Under the pieces are notes generated by a model that was not told where the DNA came from, ran no database searches, and saw nothing but the letters and a program-made list of their open reading frames with translations. This document shows, in pieces, positions 12,254-25,477 of a DNA stretch of 64,000 nt. Position 1 is the stretch's first letter; every line of letters begins with the position of its first letter. This DNA comes from Selaginella moellendorffii (lineage: Eukaryota > Plantae > Lycopodiophyta). The stretch is from NCBI RefSeq assembly GCF_000143415.4, contig NW_003314364.1, positions 124,422 to 188,421 of the forward strand. Direction: 5' to 3'. A program made the position numbers and the translations under genes.

Positions 12254-15200
12254 TCACCTTGAAATAAAATACATTAGAAACTTAGTAAAGGAATATTCAT
12301 GAATCTCACCTTGAACCCGGGTTATGAATGCTCTTGCTGCATCTCTTGCATGGTCTGGCAAGGTGATGGTGGCACTCTGCTTCCGCATCCAACCATGCAC
12401 AACATTATCCACCGATATGCTCATGCTGGGATCCCTTGGATTCAGCACCCATCTCTTTTCTAGGCAATCGTTCGTATATCCGGAACTTGGCTTGAACCAC
12501 TCCACAGTTACATTGAAGGAGTTAGTTTCCGCGTCCTCCTCTGCATCAGTGATGCAGCGCCCCACCCATATCATTTGTTTTTTATTACTGGGTCTGACAA
12601 GCACGACCATTCCTTTGCAGACCTGTACTGGATTGAATGCTGAATCCGGCTTCTTGTTCCTCGGCCCACAATAGTGATCCTCAACATCGTTATCTGTCAC
12701 TGCATTTCCAGAGGACATTGTTCCGCTACTATCTAGTGCTCTGGGTTCTGGCCAAAAGGACTCTTCCAATTCTTCATATACAACCGGCCCATTTTGGATA
12801 GCAGATATAATCTTCTCCCAGTATTCGAGCAAAGGTTTGCACCTCTGAAAATAGGATTCTCCACCAAACACCAACCCCCTCTTCCAGAAGGCAATATGCT
12901 GTCTAATCCCGGCCACTATACTTTCCTGGTCTTTGAGTCCATCCGGGTGCATCGGCCGTGGGGAACCCTGAGGAATCATAGGTTCCCCAGTTATGGGATC
13001 TCTCTTGAAGAGTTCAATGCCGTCCACTGGCAGCCACACTGTGTCCCATTCTCTCATCTTGTACCTCATCATTGGAGCACCGTCACACATGCTGAAATGA
13101 AACTGAAGAGGCTTGGAGTGGCCAATCAGCGTTTCGGATCCGTCCCTGATGTAGCCTCTTACAAACCCCTTAAAGTCTGGAACCTCTGTCAAAAGTGCAG
13201 CTTCAACAGTGCCTTTGATGCAATTTTGGAATTGATCGTAGAGTTGTGGGAGGGTGAGGACATTGGATCGCCGGAGGGACTCTGCCAGGTGACTGAACAT
13301 GGCATCGACGTCTTCATGAGTGTGCCCAACCATGAGAAAGCCAAGTGTAACCGTTTCAAATATGCCTTTGGCAACAAGCATCGCCAAGTACGCGAAGACG
13401 TACATGTTTTTGTTCTCACTGCCAGCATTGTCTGTTTGGAGCAGAAGATGGGGTGGAAGGCCACATCGGCCGCAAGAACTTCCTTGAGATTCTGCTTCGT
13501 TTGGATGAGGCTGTGCATTCACCGGGCGACCAGCCTCGTCGGAATGGCATGAGGCCTCACGTGATAACCCTACAATCTGACGGCCAACATATTCACTGGG
13601 ATGGCATGGGGCCCCACGCGATACTGCAAGCCTTTGCTCCTCCTCCAGCTGAACCCTGTATGGGGTTCGATCGACAAGGGCCTTATGCAAGGGTTGGCCG
13701 TTCAGCTCAGTCTGCGCACTTTGCAGAGACCTTAAGTGTTTTGCTAGGGACGCAATCATCATGTTTGCACCCCCGCCACCCCATAGAGGTACAAAGAAGT
13801 TCCCATAGTTCTGGGCACCATGCCCATGAGCGATTATGCCAAATAGAGACAGAGGCAGCTGCATGGATGAAGAGATTGCCTTGGGGGCAGGATTGAGTCG
13901 AGGTAAGCACGTCTTTTTCTGGTCCATTTTGTCGTGGATGATGCAGAGGTAAGAGTCAGGTCTCTCCATGGAGAGAATCCTGTTATGATAATATGCAGTC
14001 CTGCAGCTTCTCTGCTCGATGTTGTGGTCGAGCTGCCTTCTAACCAACGTCTCTCGCTCTTGAGCGCTACAAGAATTCTTCGACAAAGCCATTTTGATAG
14101 CAGTGCACTCGTCACACTTTGAAAAGTTGGAGTACTTTCCTATACTCACATCCCTGAACCTGTTGCTCCACAATCTACTAAATCTAGATTGGCTCAGCTT
14201 CCTGTAGCCATTACTCTGGAGTTCCCGATTCACATCTTCCAATATGGCCCCCTTGGTATACATGGAAGGGAGAACTCATTGGGTGTCTCGTGTTCCATCT
14301 TCCAAGAGGCGGGTTTTATGTGGTTGCTGCTCGCTACATGTCTCAACAAACCTCTTGAAGATTGCCTCTCCATATACAACATGACCCTGTGAGACACAAA
14401 ATCCCTAGGCCCCAAAGTGGAGCCAGAAGGGCGCCACATGGTAGTGGCCGAAGCGAGAGCCAAACGAGCGTAACACGTTTGGACCAAAAGCTCCGACTTG
14501 AAAAGTCAAGAGCGGGAGTGGAACTCCCAACGAAGTGCTCGAGGAACGAGCACGAAGCGAGCAAAAGGCGAGGCTCCAAAAAGGGACCCAAAAGGACCAA
14601 CACATGACACGTGGGAGTGTCCGAGATGGACTCGAGTTGGAGTCCGAAGTGGAGTCCGAGATGGACCCGAGTTGGAGTCCGAAGTGGAGTCCGAGATGGA
14701 CCCGAGTTGGAGTCCGAAGTGGAGTCCGAGATGGACCCGAGTTGGAGTCCGAAGTGGAGTCCGAAGTGGAGTCCGAGATGGACCCGAGTTGGAGTCCGAA
14801 GTGGAGTCCGAGATGGACCCGAGATGGACCCGAGATGGAGTCCGAGATGGAGTCCGAGGTGGACCCGAGATGGACCCGAAATGGAGTCCGAGATGGAGTC
14901 CGAGATGGACCCGAGATGGAGTCCGAGATGGAGTCCGAAGTCGAGACCGAGACCGAGACTGGGACCGAGACCGAGACCGAGACCGAGATCGGGACCGAGA
15001 CCGAGGCCGAGGCTGAGACCGAGCCCGAGCCCGAGTCCGAGTCCGAATCCGAGTCCGAGTCCGAGTCCGAGTCCGAGTCCGAGTCCGAGTCCGAGTCCGG
15101 AGCCTGAGAGGGTGAAAGCCCAAAGCGTTCGTCTCCCAGACCCTGGGGGGTTTGGTGAGCTCCAAAAGTATAGTAGGGGGAGGACTGCAGTGGAGCCAGT

Positions 15201-17084
15201 TTGGCCAGGAAAGGCCAGTTTGGCCCAGGAAGGCCGGACCCAGTGTTGGGTGATGAGCTGCCCACTGGGAAGTCCAAGACTAGAGTGAACACAGACCGAC
15301 AAGCGGGGTAGCTTGGTGAAGTGTTCAAGAGCCGGCTCTAGTTCCCCCGGGAGATCGACTGGCCGATGCTCCCAGTCCAAGTGTGGGTGGCACTACCTAC
15401 TTGGATACCTGGTGTGGCTCAACGGAACCCGCTCTAAGCCCATGGCTAGAGCACCTAAAGGCGAAAGGCGAGGAGAGTACCCAGGTGGCTCGCGTAAGGC
15501 CACGGTGTTCTGAAATGTTGTCCCGAAGGCCCAGCCTGTGGAAAGGAAGAGGAACAGTCCTCTGGGGTAGTGACCAAGGACACAGTCGTGTGGTGAGGAA
15601 GTCCCAGAGGACCGTGGGACTTAGTGGTCGGGCCTGTGGGTCTCGATCCAGTGGCAGTGTTGGCAAACACGGCCAGGGGCAGAAAGGGACTTAGTGGGAA
15701 CTGACAGAGGGATATTGGGGAAGGTTATTCCCCTTGTCGGTGGGCATCCTAAGGATGCTAAGGAGTGGATCTGAGATGACCACTCACGGATGGTTTGCCT
15801 AGTCTTGGAGAGCCAAGACGGTGATGCAAGTGGTATTGGACTACCAGTGTGGCAAAGGTGATTGGGCATGGCCTTAGCGTAACGGGCTGCTATGTCGGTG
15901 GTACCTTTGAGTGTTGGTCATGGGATCGGACACGTGGAGCACTTGGACCAAGTGCAAATGTTGAGTGGCATGGATGCCATTCTCGGGGCTAGCAAGTCCC
16001 AAGTCCTGGATTGGACTTATGGAGGTTGTGAATGAGACTCCTCCAAGTGGTCAGAGGTGTGGTTAAGTGACTAAAGTAGAATGGAAAATTTAGTCCCTTA
16101 CAGACCCCTGGTTTTGTGTGTACCGTCGTTCCCATGGACTGCCTGTTGAACCCTTTGTTCCTCGAACTCAGTTTTGATTCTATAGAATGTGGTTCGAGGG
16201 ACTCCATAAATGATTCTCCATGCCTTCATGCAGACCAAACCCCTCTGGAAGACCATGCCCGCCACCTGATGTTCTGAAGCATGAACAGATGACCGTAATG
16301 CCTCATACACAAAATTGCGAGCTGCCTTCCAGGACAATGTCTTGTATCTTGCTCTCTCCTCTTCAATAGCATCCCAATCAGCATGTTGACAGCACCTCCT
16401 CTTGCAACAAGCAACTGTCGAGACCATTCGAACCTCCATCGCCATTTTCTGCCTTTTCGGTTCGTTGCTCAGATCCCTTTGGCTGCGCTTTAGGAAGGTG
16501 TACTTTCTTTTCCCATGAAGAGATGTTCTGTCATCAGTTGTAGTGGTGTTTGATTGTGAATCCTTCACATTCTCAAACACTAAGTGCCTCAATTTCCACT
16601 GCACAATGCTTCCAATAGTCAGACTGTTTTCTTCTGTGTCAACAACCTCTAAAGTCGCAACTCCAATATCATCCCAGCCCAATTCTTGATTAGCAACCGC
16701 ATCTCTTGGATCGACAACTGTGGCTAAGCCCTCAGCTACCACCTCCCCCTCGGGGTTGTTTAGAAACACCTTTGCCTGAATCCATGTAGCACGGTTCTTA
16801 AGATCCACGGAGGGAACATGCGTCGCACTTGCGCTGTCCCCAACATCTGCTTTCTTCTGAAAATTTTTCAAGGCAACAACAACATTTACCCCGACGACCA
16901 TCTCTCCTCGTTCAATAGCGACCACATTCCCATCGAAGACAGTCTCTACTGATACAGCAGCATTGCCTTCCCCAAGCCTTTGACAGTGTATAACAAAGTT
17001 CCGATCCATAGACACAAGGGTCCCTTTTGCAACTCTCTTCCCACCATTCAAAATGTAAACCTTTTCCCCAACCCTGAAGGCCAT
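12254..17084 (-). pseudogene. Sola-like DDD transposase (~1040 aa once the solo LTR is removed); one in-frame TGA near 14277
   Basis: Motifs CIIHDKMDQ, LLLQTDNAGSENKN, FLMVGHTHEDVDAMF; CCKRRCC and VCMKAWRIIYGV upstream; frame KTRG-HVVYGE joins across the LTR. Confidence 0.85.
14388..16102 (+). mobile_element. Solo LTR (LTR-A, 1715 bp) inserted in the transposase
   Basis: TG...CA; 5-bp TSD GACCC at 14383-14387 and 16103-16107. Confidence 0.95.
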
Positions 17085-18379
17085 TCTGAAAGTGCAGAAA
17101 AGAAGTTAAGACTATACAAAAAATGATTGGAGAATGGCCTAAATCATAACATACCAAACAACCTCAATAGCATGAGGCCACATGCCATTATTCAAACATG
17201 CTATTGACACCCACGTGAAATTTCGCATTCACAAAATTGGCATGAGCCCTCATGCCATCTTGATATACACACAGCTGCAGGCAAGCAAAAACATACATGA
17301 CAATACGCTAGCCATGAAATTGCAAGGGCCCAAGATGGCATGTGGCCTCATGCCATTTCTAAATGTGGTCCTAAGCCATTCCATGGTGAACATACCAGGA
17401 AGCACAAGTGCCGAATATCAAGAGGAAGCGGTAGCCACACCAAAGACAGTGCCGCTCGCAACACCGCAACTACTCGTAGCGCCGCTCGCAACACCGCAAC
17501 TGCTCGTAGCGCCGCTTGCACAAACTGCCACTCGCATAAACTGTCGCTCGCAATAGCGCTCGCAATGCCGCAACCGCTCGTAGACGCATAAACCACAGCT
17601 CACAACGCCGCTTACACAAGCAGCGCTCACTGCGCTCAGCGGAACCAAGAACACGGCGCACAAAAATGATAGACCTAGGAATGAGTTCGAGAATTCAAAA
17701 ATAACACACGCTTGAACGTCACATCAAATCCTCTGACAAACCAGATCTTATGATTCCTCTGACAAATTTCAAACTAAGTAGCTTCTAGACTTTGCTGTCG
17801 GAGGTTGAACTTTGTCACATCATGTCCTTGCCTTGATCCAGCTGTGCCATGTCAGTGATTCGAACTTTGCCATGCTATGTCAGCGATCCGCACCAAGATT
17901 ATTCGCCGTGTAAAGGAATAATTATGCTGTGTGTGTACGTCCATTTATGGCAATATAAGGCCACACGCCATTCAAAAAATAATGCTAGTCGAGCATTTTT
18001 TGGTGCATTTTTGGGTTCAAATTTGCATGAGCCCACACGCTATAAAGTTTACCTGTACCAAAAATAGAAACAGCTTTATTTACTTGGGAATTTAAGTGGT
18101 TGAGGCATTTTTAAACTTACAAACACATGCTCTACTTACATTCCTTTGGTTGTTTAAAATTCAAAAATATTATAAACCTTTCTTTTTGCATTTTCAATGT
18201 TTTCAATTATGGTTTTTGATTTTCGCAGGACCAGCCTAGTAATCTATTTGCATCCCGTCATGTTTATAGCTAGCTTTCGTTTGTCCCCTTCGCTAGCCTG
18301 AAATACATCTGCTCGGCATCTGCCTCTTACAGCATTTGCCCAGAAAGGGGATCTTTCTTCACGCAGCATTTGCCACATG

Positions 18380-18412
18380 TTTAGGGTTTAGGGTTTAGGG
18401 TTTAGGGTTTAG
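18380..18412 (+). repeat. (TTTAGGG)4 telomere-type repeat inside the transposon
   Basis: Direct read; about 2 units at the equivalent sites of copies 2 (~46338) and 3 (~63960). Confidence 0.85.
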
Positions 18413-20008
18413 CAATTCAGTAGCTTGATAAACATGCAAATATAGAACTTGATTCAAAATCCTTTGATATGTCACAATGCCCCTAGGACCATAAACACAT
18501 TTCAATAGAGAGGGTCCTTTCATTTCATAACTCCTTACGTAGATCTTGGTGAAACCAGAGTTAGTGAAGTTAGTTTCTTGTGATCCCGTATCTGATTGTG
18601 ATGTCCCTTTGCAATTTCGATGGAAAGGTCAATGCACACCAAATTGTAAAATCTTGGAGCAAAATAACGGTCGGATCTATGGCAAATGCCCCTGAAATAT
18701 TGTAAGGCTCGTGTGGTCTCATGTGGTGTCCGATCGAGATGCTTCTTTGCAGGGTCATCAAGAAAGACATTGTATACCATTCTGTAAAATCTAGTTGCGA
18801 TCTAACGGTTGGATCTCCAGAAAACTCAAAAAAATCTCGCGCGTGTCAGAATATCCTAGGAATATACTCCTATGTGCCCCTGAAAATGGCATGCGGCCCC
18901 ACGCCATTCAAGAGATAACGCCAGATGACGCCGAGAATTTTTTGGTGCATTTTTTGGGTTCAAAATTGCATGAGCCCACACGCTATAAAGTTTATCTTTG
19001 CCAAATAGAGAAAAATTTATCTGTGTCATGTGAGGTAGTTACAGTCCTTTGTGCTCGGCATGTGCCTCTTGCAGCATTTGCACTGAAAGGGAATTTTTCT
19101 CCATTCAGCATTGGCCCTGAAAATGGCATGCGCCCACACGCCATTCAAGGAATAACGCCTCAGGACGCCTGGATTTTTGGGTTTAAAATGTTTAGGGTTT
19201 TTTGGGTTTTTTCAAAATATTTTGGGTCCAACGTTTTTTGGGTTTCTTTGGTTCAAAATTGCATGAGCCCACACGCTATAATATTGATTTGAGAGAAAAA
19301 TAGAAACAGATAGAATTTCTTTATTTAGCTGAACATCTGCCATTTTTGGAAATACAAGATGCTTTGGAATATCCAATCATGCATGGTATAAATATAGCGA
19401 GGGTATTAAATGATATCCCAATCATGATCTTTCTTTTGGATTTCGCGTGTATGCAGTCCGAGGAATGATGATGTTGCGGATTTCTTTTGGATTTTGCGTG
19501 CTTGCATGCGCGCGGCAATCCAGAAATTAATGGTGGCGCCCAAGTCCGAGGAATGATGACGTGGCGGGATTACCAACCGTTGTGACATTTCGTGCGTGTG
19601 AGGTTAGGTTTTGCATTTTTCTTTGTACTCGCACTCGCACACTCGCGCTCGCGCTCGCATCACACTCGCGCTCCCGCTCGCATCGCGCTCCCACTCGCGA
19701 TCACGCTCACTTCTCTACAGGTTTCTCGTGTGCATCGGCGTCCACTCGCGCTTGCATCACACTCGCGCTCGCATCACGCTCGTGTGCATCGGCGTCCACT
19801 TCAAGACACACCCAGTTTGTAACTTCGCCGCCAACTCCGCCGCCCACTCCGCCACCCACACGCAGCCCACTTGGCATCCCGGGAGATTTCAGCACCACTC
19901 TCCAACTGTAAGTGGTAGAGTAGCCTTGCTGCTACGATCCGCTGCACACACAGTGCACATTCGCCAGCGAGTCCAGCCTCGATTGTCACGGCCTCCATTC
20001 GGCTTCAA

Positions 20009-23000
20009 ATGGTAAGTCTTTTAGGCCAAGTAGAAAATGGCATGAGGCCACATGCCATTCAGTAGCAACATTGGCATGCACCAATTGGGCTCTCGAGTGC
20101 AGTCCGGTTACAGATGGCGTGTAGCCTCACGCCATCTTAGGATGCAGCCTCAAGACATCTGATGCAGTGGTGAATGGCGTGTGGCCTCACGTTATTTCCA
20201 GCTGCTAGCTTTTCATCTGTCAGCTCTAATTGTTGTGCATTTCTGAACAGGCGAGGAATTGCGTTCTTCTTCCAGCCACTGTCAATGTGGATGCAGAGAA
20301 GGGGGAGGAGCTCACCAGTTGGACTTTCGGGATGGAAGGCGAGGATCTGATGCTGTACAACACAGATGGTGGGAGAAAAGAATGCATGGGGATCCTCATC
20401 CAAGTGACAGACACTCCATGCAGTTCCATGCAAGAATATGGACTGGCACTTGTGGTAGAGACAGCGTCCGCCTTCAAGATCCATCTTGCACATCCTAGCG
20501 GCTTCCCGGAGGGGGGCAGCGGCTATGAGGAATTCCTAGAGGGAGCTAGGGAAAGGTTGTCCAGGAGGCCCACAATTTCAAAGACGCTGCGGGTCTATGA
20601 AGATCACATGGAATCCACGGACCTCACCTACGGCGATGTTCAAAAACTATATTCCAACATTGAGCCGTTGAGAGTGCCTCCAGGTTGCGAAGCGAAGGGG
20701 AAGGGGGTCGATCTGGAAACTACCCCGAAGTAAAAAAGGGTGGTCAAGCTCAAGCCGACGTCCGACTCTGCTGCTCCAAAAAAGAAGCTACTCGGTGATG
20801 CCATTGCCTCGGGTTCGAACACTACACCCACCAAAAAGAAGAGCCGCAAAGAGCAGAAAGAGCAAGAAGAGGCAGCAAAAATCGTCGCAGATAATAGTAC
20901 TTGTTACTATTCCAACAAAGTATATACAATCGACGTGAGCCGTATCGAGATCCAAAGCAAATACAACCACAGGCTAGTATCTGATGAGTGGGTGGAGAAA
21001 CTGAAGCAGAAGATGCTGGCAAGTCCAGTAACACCCGACATCGCAGACGTGATCCCCTACTACCGAGGAGGTAAAGAAAGTCTTCAAGACAAGAGTTGTC
21101 CGCCTGATAAAAGGCAACTCGCCCCTCCAATCTATCATATACATCTCCCACGCGCAGAATGTCAAGCAAGAAACGTGCTACAAATCGGGTCTGCACGAGA
21201 CATTGGCACGAACACGAAAGCTCTGGGTTCAACTGAAGAAGCCACAAAAACCAGGACAAGGACGTGCACTAGCAACTAGCGCCTGGCAGGTAAGCCTCGT
21301 TGCATGTAGCATAGCATGTGGCCTCACGCCATTTCCATTGCAGGAATTCTCGAGTCTTCTCTCGAAAACACTGGGGGTCAATGACACACTCAGCATCCAT
21401 AACATTCTACTCGCGACAAAAGTTGTTATTGACAAATGGGTAGATGTGCTGAGGAGGTACCATGACGGGGAGTTGCTAAACTCAATGGGTGTGGAGGACG
21501 GCCGGAAGCCCAATGATTTGAAGCTCAACGCCTTGCGTTTCTCGCGGTCTCCAGACGACGACGACCTTCTGACAGTGGCTAATGCTCTTCTACGTGGTGA
21601 GGTAGTCTTCAACAAGACCAAAATGACTCCCGGCCATATTGTGACATACGAGGACTTGTGCACGACTCTGAGAGCTCGTGCGCTATTGAAGGATTGGATC
21701 TTCGAGCAAGTGGCCGTTGCGAGGGTGAGCATCGACATCACGCAAGAGATGATGGAAGAGCTGGAGTTGTCAAATGAAGACATCGACGAGTACGTGAAGG
21801 GGGCCCCCAAGTTCATCGATCTGCTGCGGGATGCCACGAAAAGTAAAGCTGAGAAGTTGGATCAGTATCCAAATTTCATTAAGAGGGATGTCGACCGCCA
21901 GCTTCAGAAACAGCTCGACCCCGCAGCAGAGGCCTATCGAGAACCTTACCGGGTATACGTGAATTCGGATGAGGATCAAAGGTGGAGGAGCATCGTTTCC
22001 CGCGGAGATGAGCAGGTCAAGAATATCTTTTGTGTGATGGACTTCACAAACGAGGAGATCACTCATGCAGACGAAGTCAGCTCCATCATTGACTTAATGG
22101 TGGGACTTGCGGAGGTGGAATCTTCAGTCCACTATATGATCTATGACTCCGAATCCTATCACAAGTTCTGGAAGGCCTTGAACGAGGTGAAGGCTCGGTT
22201 GAAAGGCAAGGAGATGCGGGAGATCCATGGGATAATGGCTAAGAAGAAGATACCGACGAATGTCCGCATCTTCACACTCGCCCTTGTTATTGGTCCTGCA
22301 GCAGAGTGGGACTGGAGTGACTTCCCAGCTTCGTTCAACAAAGCCGATCGAATTGATCTGAGGGAGGTCAATTTACCCATGCCTGAGGAACTGAAGACGG
22401 CTATGGAGCTTTCGAATCCAAAGAAAGCTCCAGGTGCAGCATGGGAAATGCTCAGCTGGGTCTTCAACGCAATAGCAGGTGACTCCAAGGGCAAATGCGT
22501 TGTCGAGTACAACTGCGGCGGACTATTCTTTCAAGCCGCACTACTCAAGGGTGTCCCGTGTGTTGCGGTGACAAACTCCATTGAAGAGGTGACTTCAATG
22601 GAGCATATAATTACAGTTGCCAAAGAAAAACAGTATCTTCTCTACGAACCTGGTGAGTACGCACTTTAAGTTTAAATGTTATCTCACAAGCTCTGTATGC
22701 AGGAGCGTGGCCACCCCCAGATGCTGAAACGGCGTTAACAGCTACTGATGTTAGGCCGAGCTCACAACCTGCACAAGGTAAGGTCACGTGAGGCCTCACG
22801 CCATTTTGATTATAGATCGTTGTGAATATTCAGACACGAGGACTGAAAAGCGCACTGGTGGCGCGTCGAAGAAGGACAAACAGACAAGCAATAGGAAAAA
22901 AGGAGGTACAAATTATATTTGCAATGGCGTGTGGTCTCATGCCATTCCTTGCAGGAGACACTTCTTCAAAGGCAAAACAGGCAAGCACCAGCCAAGCTCA

Positions 23001-25477
23001 AACTGACAGTGGTCATAAAAAGCGAAAGCACGTTGGACAGTCGTCGGGATCAGAGGCGTTTGATTCGAAAAGGAAGAAGGGCAACGAAAAGATGATAGGT
23101 AATGCCTCGCGGTTATGGCGTGTGTGCTCATGCCATTCATTGCAGATCAAGGGCTGAGTGAAAGGAGCCAGTCACCACCTTCTGACTCAGATTCCTATGG
23201 CGGACTCCCCTTCCCCAATCTCAATGGAGAGGTACAATGGATGAGGGATGCTTTTCAAGTCAGGGCCACGTTTTTCTCATCTCATCGTCTTCGAAGGGTG
23301 CAAGAACGTGCAGAAACCATATTAAGACAGTCGGGTGAGGATACGGTCCTAGGTCACGCACTAAAACAGGCTATGGATGTCTTGTATTTTGAGATGGAGA
23401 CTCGGCCAGATGATTTTCCCAAGATGGTCCTGGAAAAACAAGCCATCCAGCCTGAGCAGCCTATGGAAGAAATGTAGGAGGGGGATGAGGAGCCAGAGAA
23501 AGATAATGAGCAGGAAGAGCAGAAGGACGAAGAGGAGGACAAAGAAGAGGAGGACGAAGAAGAGGAGGATGAAGAAGAGGAGGACGAAGAGGACTTGGAT
23601 GGTCCTCACAATGGTGACGATCACAATAACGACGATGACGATGATGACGACGATGGCCAGCCTGAGGTGGCCAAAGAGCAGCGGAGGAAGGTCATACAAG
23701 ACAAACCATCAGGTAAATAATAGTACATCCATTCCTAACCTTTTACCATTTCTAACATTGTCCATGTAGGTCGCAGAAGAAATGGTAAGTAGAGATTATT
23801 CAGTTGAATTAAGATACAAACTCTAGCCTTTAGTGTCGAGGAAGGATAGTGCCAAGTAAGGGTCGAAACGTATGTCCAATCCTTCAGAATCAGCAGTGCG
23901 CCCAAGTGATATCGGTCCTAGTTCCTCAATAGCAGTTGATGGTAAATACAGTATAGTCGATTCAATGTGCTAATGAGTTTGTTTTTAGTAGCACGGGAGG
24001 ATACCATCTCAATCGAAGGGAGATATTTGGACATGCATATGGATCCGCCAGTGGACTCTACTTGCCTGCAAGAGTCATCAGAGCTGGTGGAGGCTACTAT
24101 CCATATCAACGCCAAGCAAGCTGACCATGCTCCACTTGATGCTGCCCATACCACTGAGTCAATCTTGTCCACGTATCCAACTGACGGTGACCAGGCGCTA
24201 TTGGACCCGCATGAGGCCGCCCCAGCCGCCGAGCCGGTCGTATCCTCATTTCCAACGTGTGCCCAATCGTCTGACTACGCGCCGTTGGAACCTCCCTACA
24301 CCGCCCCTGCTGCCTGTTTGGTCATGTCCACTTTGCCAACGGAGGCACCAGCTGAAATGGCGTGTGATCACACGCCATCGGAACCACCCCATGCCACTGT
24401 TGAGCCAGTTGTACCAGAGTCTACAGCTGAAATGATGCGTGCCCACACGCCATCGGATGCGTGCCCACACGCCATATTGCAGAGGAGAGTATTTCCGCCC
24501 TTCACGTTTCCTCGACCAAAACCCTCTGAACGACCATCGGGAGCACCATTCGCTAATATTGTAGATGGTAAAATTGACTTGTACCATTTTTTATGCTAAC
24601 GCATTTCATTTTAGAGTCACGGCGAAAGTACTGTATCGTTTTTGATCTGAATGGTGTCCTTTTCTCCCATGAGCATGGCTCGTCCTCGAATGTCACTGCA
24701 CCCTCCAAAGCCTGCGGTCGCAAGTTGGTCAAAAGAGACAGATTCACATTAATCACACGGGAGAAACTGCGGGATCTAATAATGACCATGCGACACTTAA
24801 AACAGAGGGCCGGGTTCAATTTGCAATTGGGAGTTTGGACATCCATGATGCGCCACAATGCATTAACGTTGCTACAGATGATGCACGATCAGACGCGAGT
24901 AATATTACCATTTGACTTTCTCCTAACGCAGGAGGATTGCTTGACTATGGTCCATGTGAGGGGTAGCAAGACCATCTTCATCAAGCCAGAGGCTGTAGTG
25001 ATGAACCGGACTGCTAGGTCAAGTGAAATCCTCATCATCGATGACTCGCCGATTAAAACTGCAGCGAACACGCACACATATGCAGTGCACCCCATCTCTT
25101 GCAGTATGGAAACTAGGGAGAAGAAACCGTATGTTCTTGGGGACCTTGCAAAACGGCTTGAAGCGATGGTGATAGAGAACCGGCCAGTCCAGGAGGTGGC
25201 TGCAGAAATCAACCAAATGGCAGATGGAACGGTATATCAGAAGCCATTTGATTGGACAGACACCAGTCATCATTTATGGCATGTATATTGTCTAGCCAAG
25301 CACTATCCGCATCTCCATAATCTGCTCAACCGGATGGGTTCTTCGACCACTGAACATGAGCGTGGACGTATTAGAGAAGAGATGGCATTACTATTGGGTT
25401 TAAATCCTGATAGTGTGGAGAGTGATGAAATTCCAAGATTATTGTATAGGCGTTGGAGGCAAAAAATAACAGTCTGA
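20009..25477 (+). pseudogene. Multi-exon cargo gene: ParB-like, MTase-fold-like, acidic/Pro-rich linker, FCP1/NIF-like HAD phosphatase (lesioned in this copy)
   Basis: GT-AG introns 20012-20250, 21290-21343, 22653-22702, 22778-22815, 22906-22954, 23099-23145, 23713-23769, 23785-23833, 23942-23988, 24568-24614 join the frames; stops at 20731, 23475 and ~23857; 140-bp deletion at ~21066. Confidence 0.7.
24615..25477 (+). CDS. FCP1/SCP (NIF)-like HAD phosphatase domain, last exon of the cargo gene
   Basis: IVFDLNGVL, GVWTS, TQEDC, FIK and LIIDDSPIK motifs in order. Confidence 0.8.

Noticed and set aside
12794-13552. 252-aa and 292-aa ORFs antisense to the transposase (also 49206-50084)
   Set aside because: Shadow frames shared only because the copies are near-identical
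17160-23145. Palindromic repeats read as a CRISPR array
   Set aside because: Irregular spacing, degenerate copies, spacers are exons or element sequence, no cas genes, eukaryotic context
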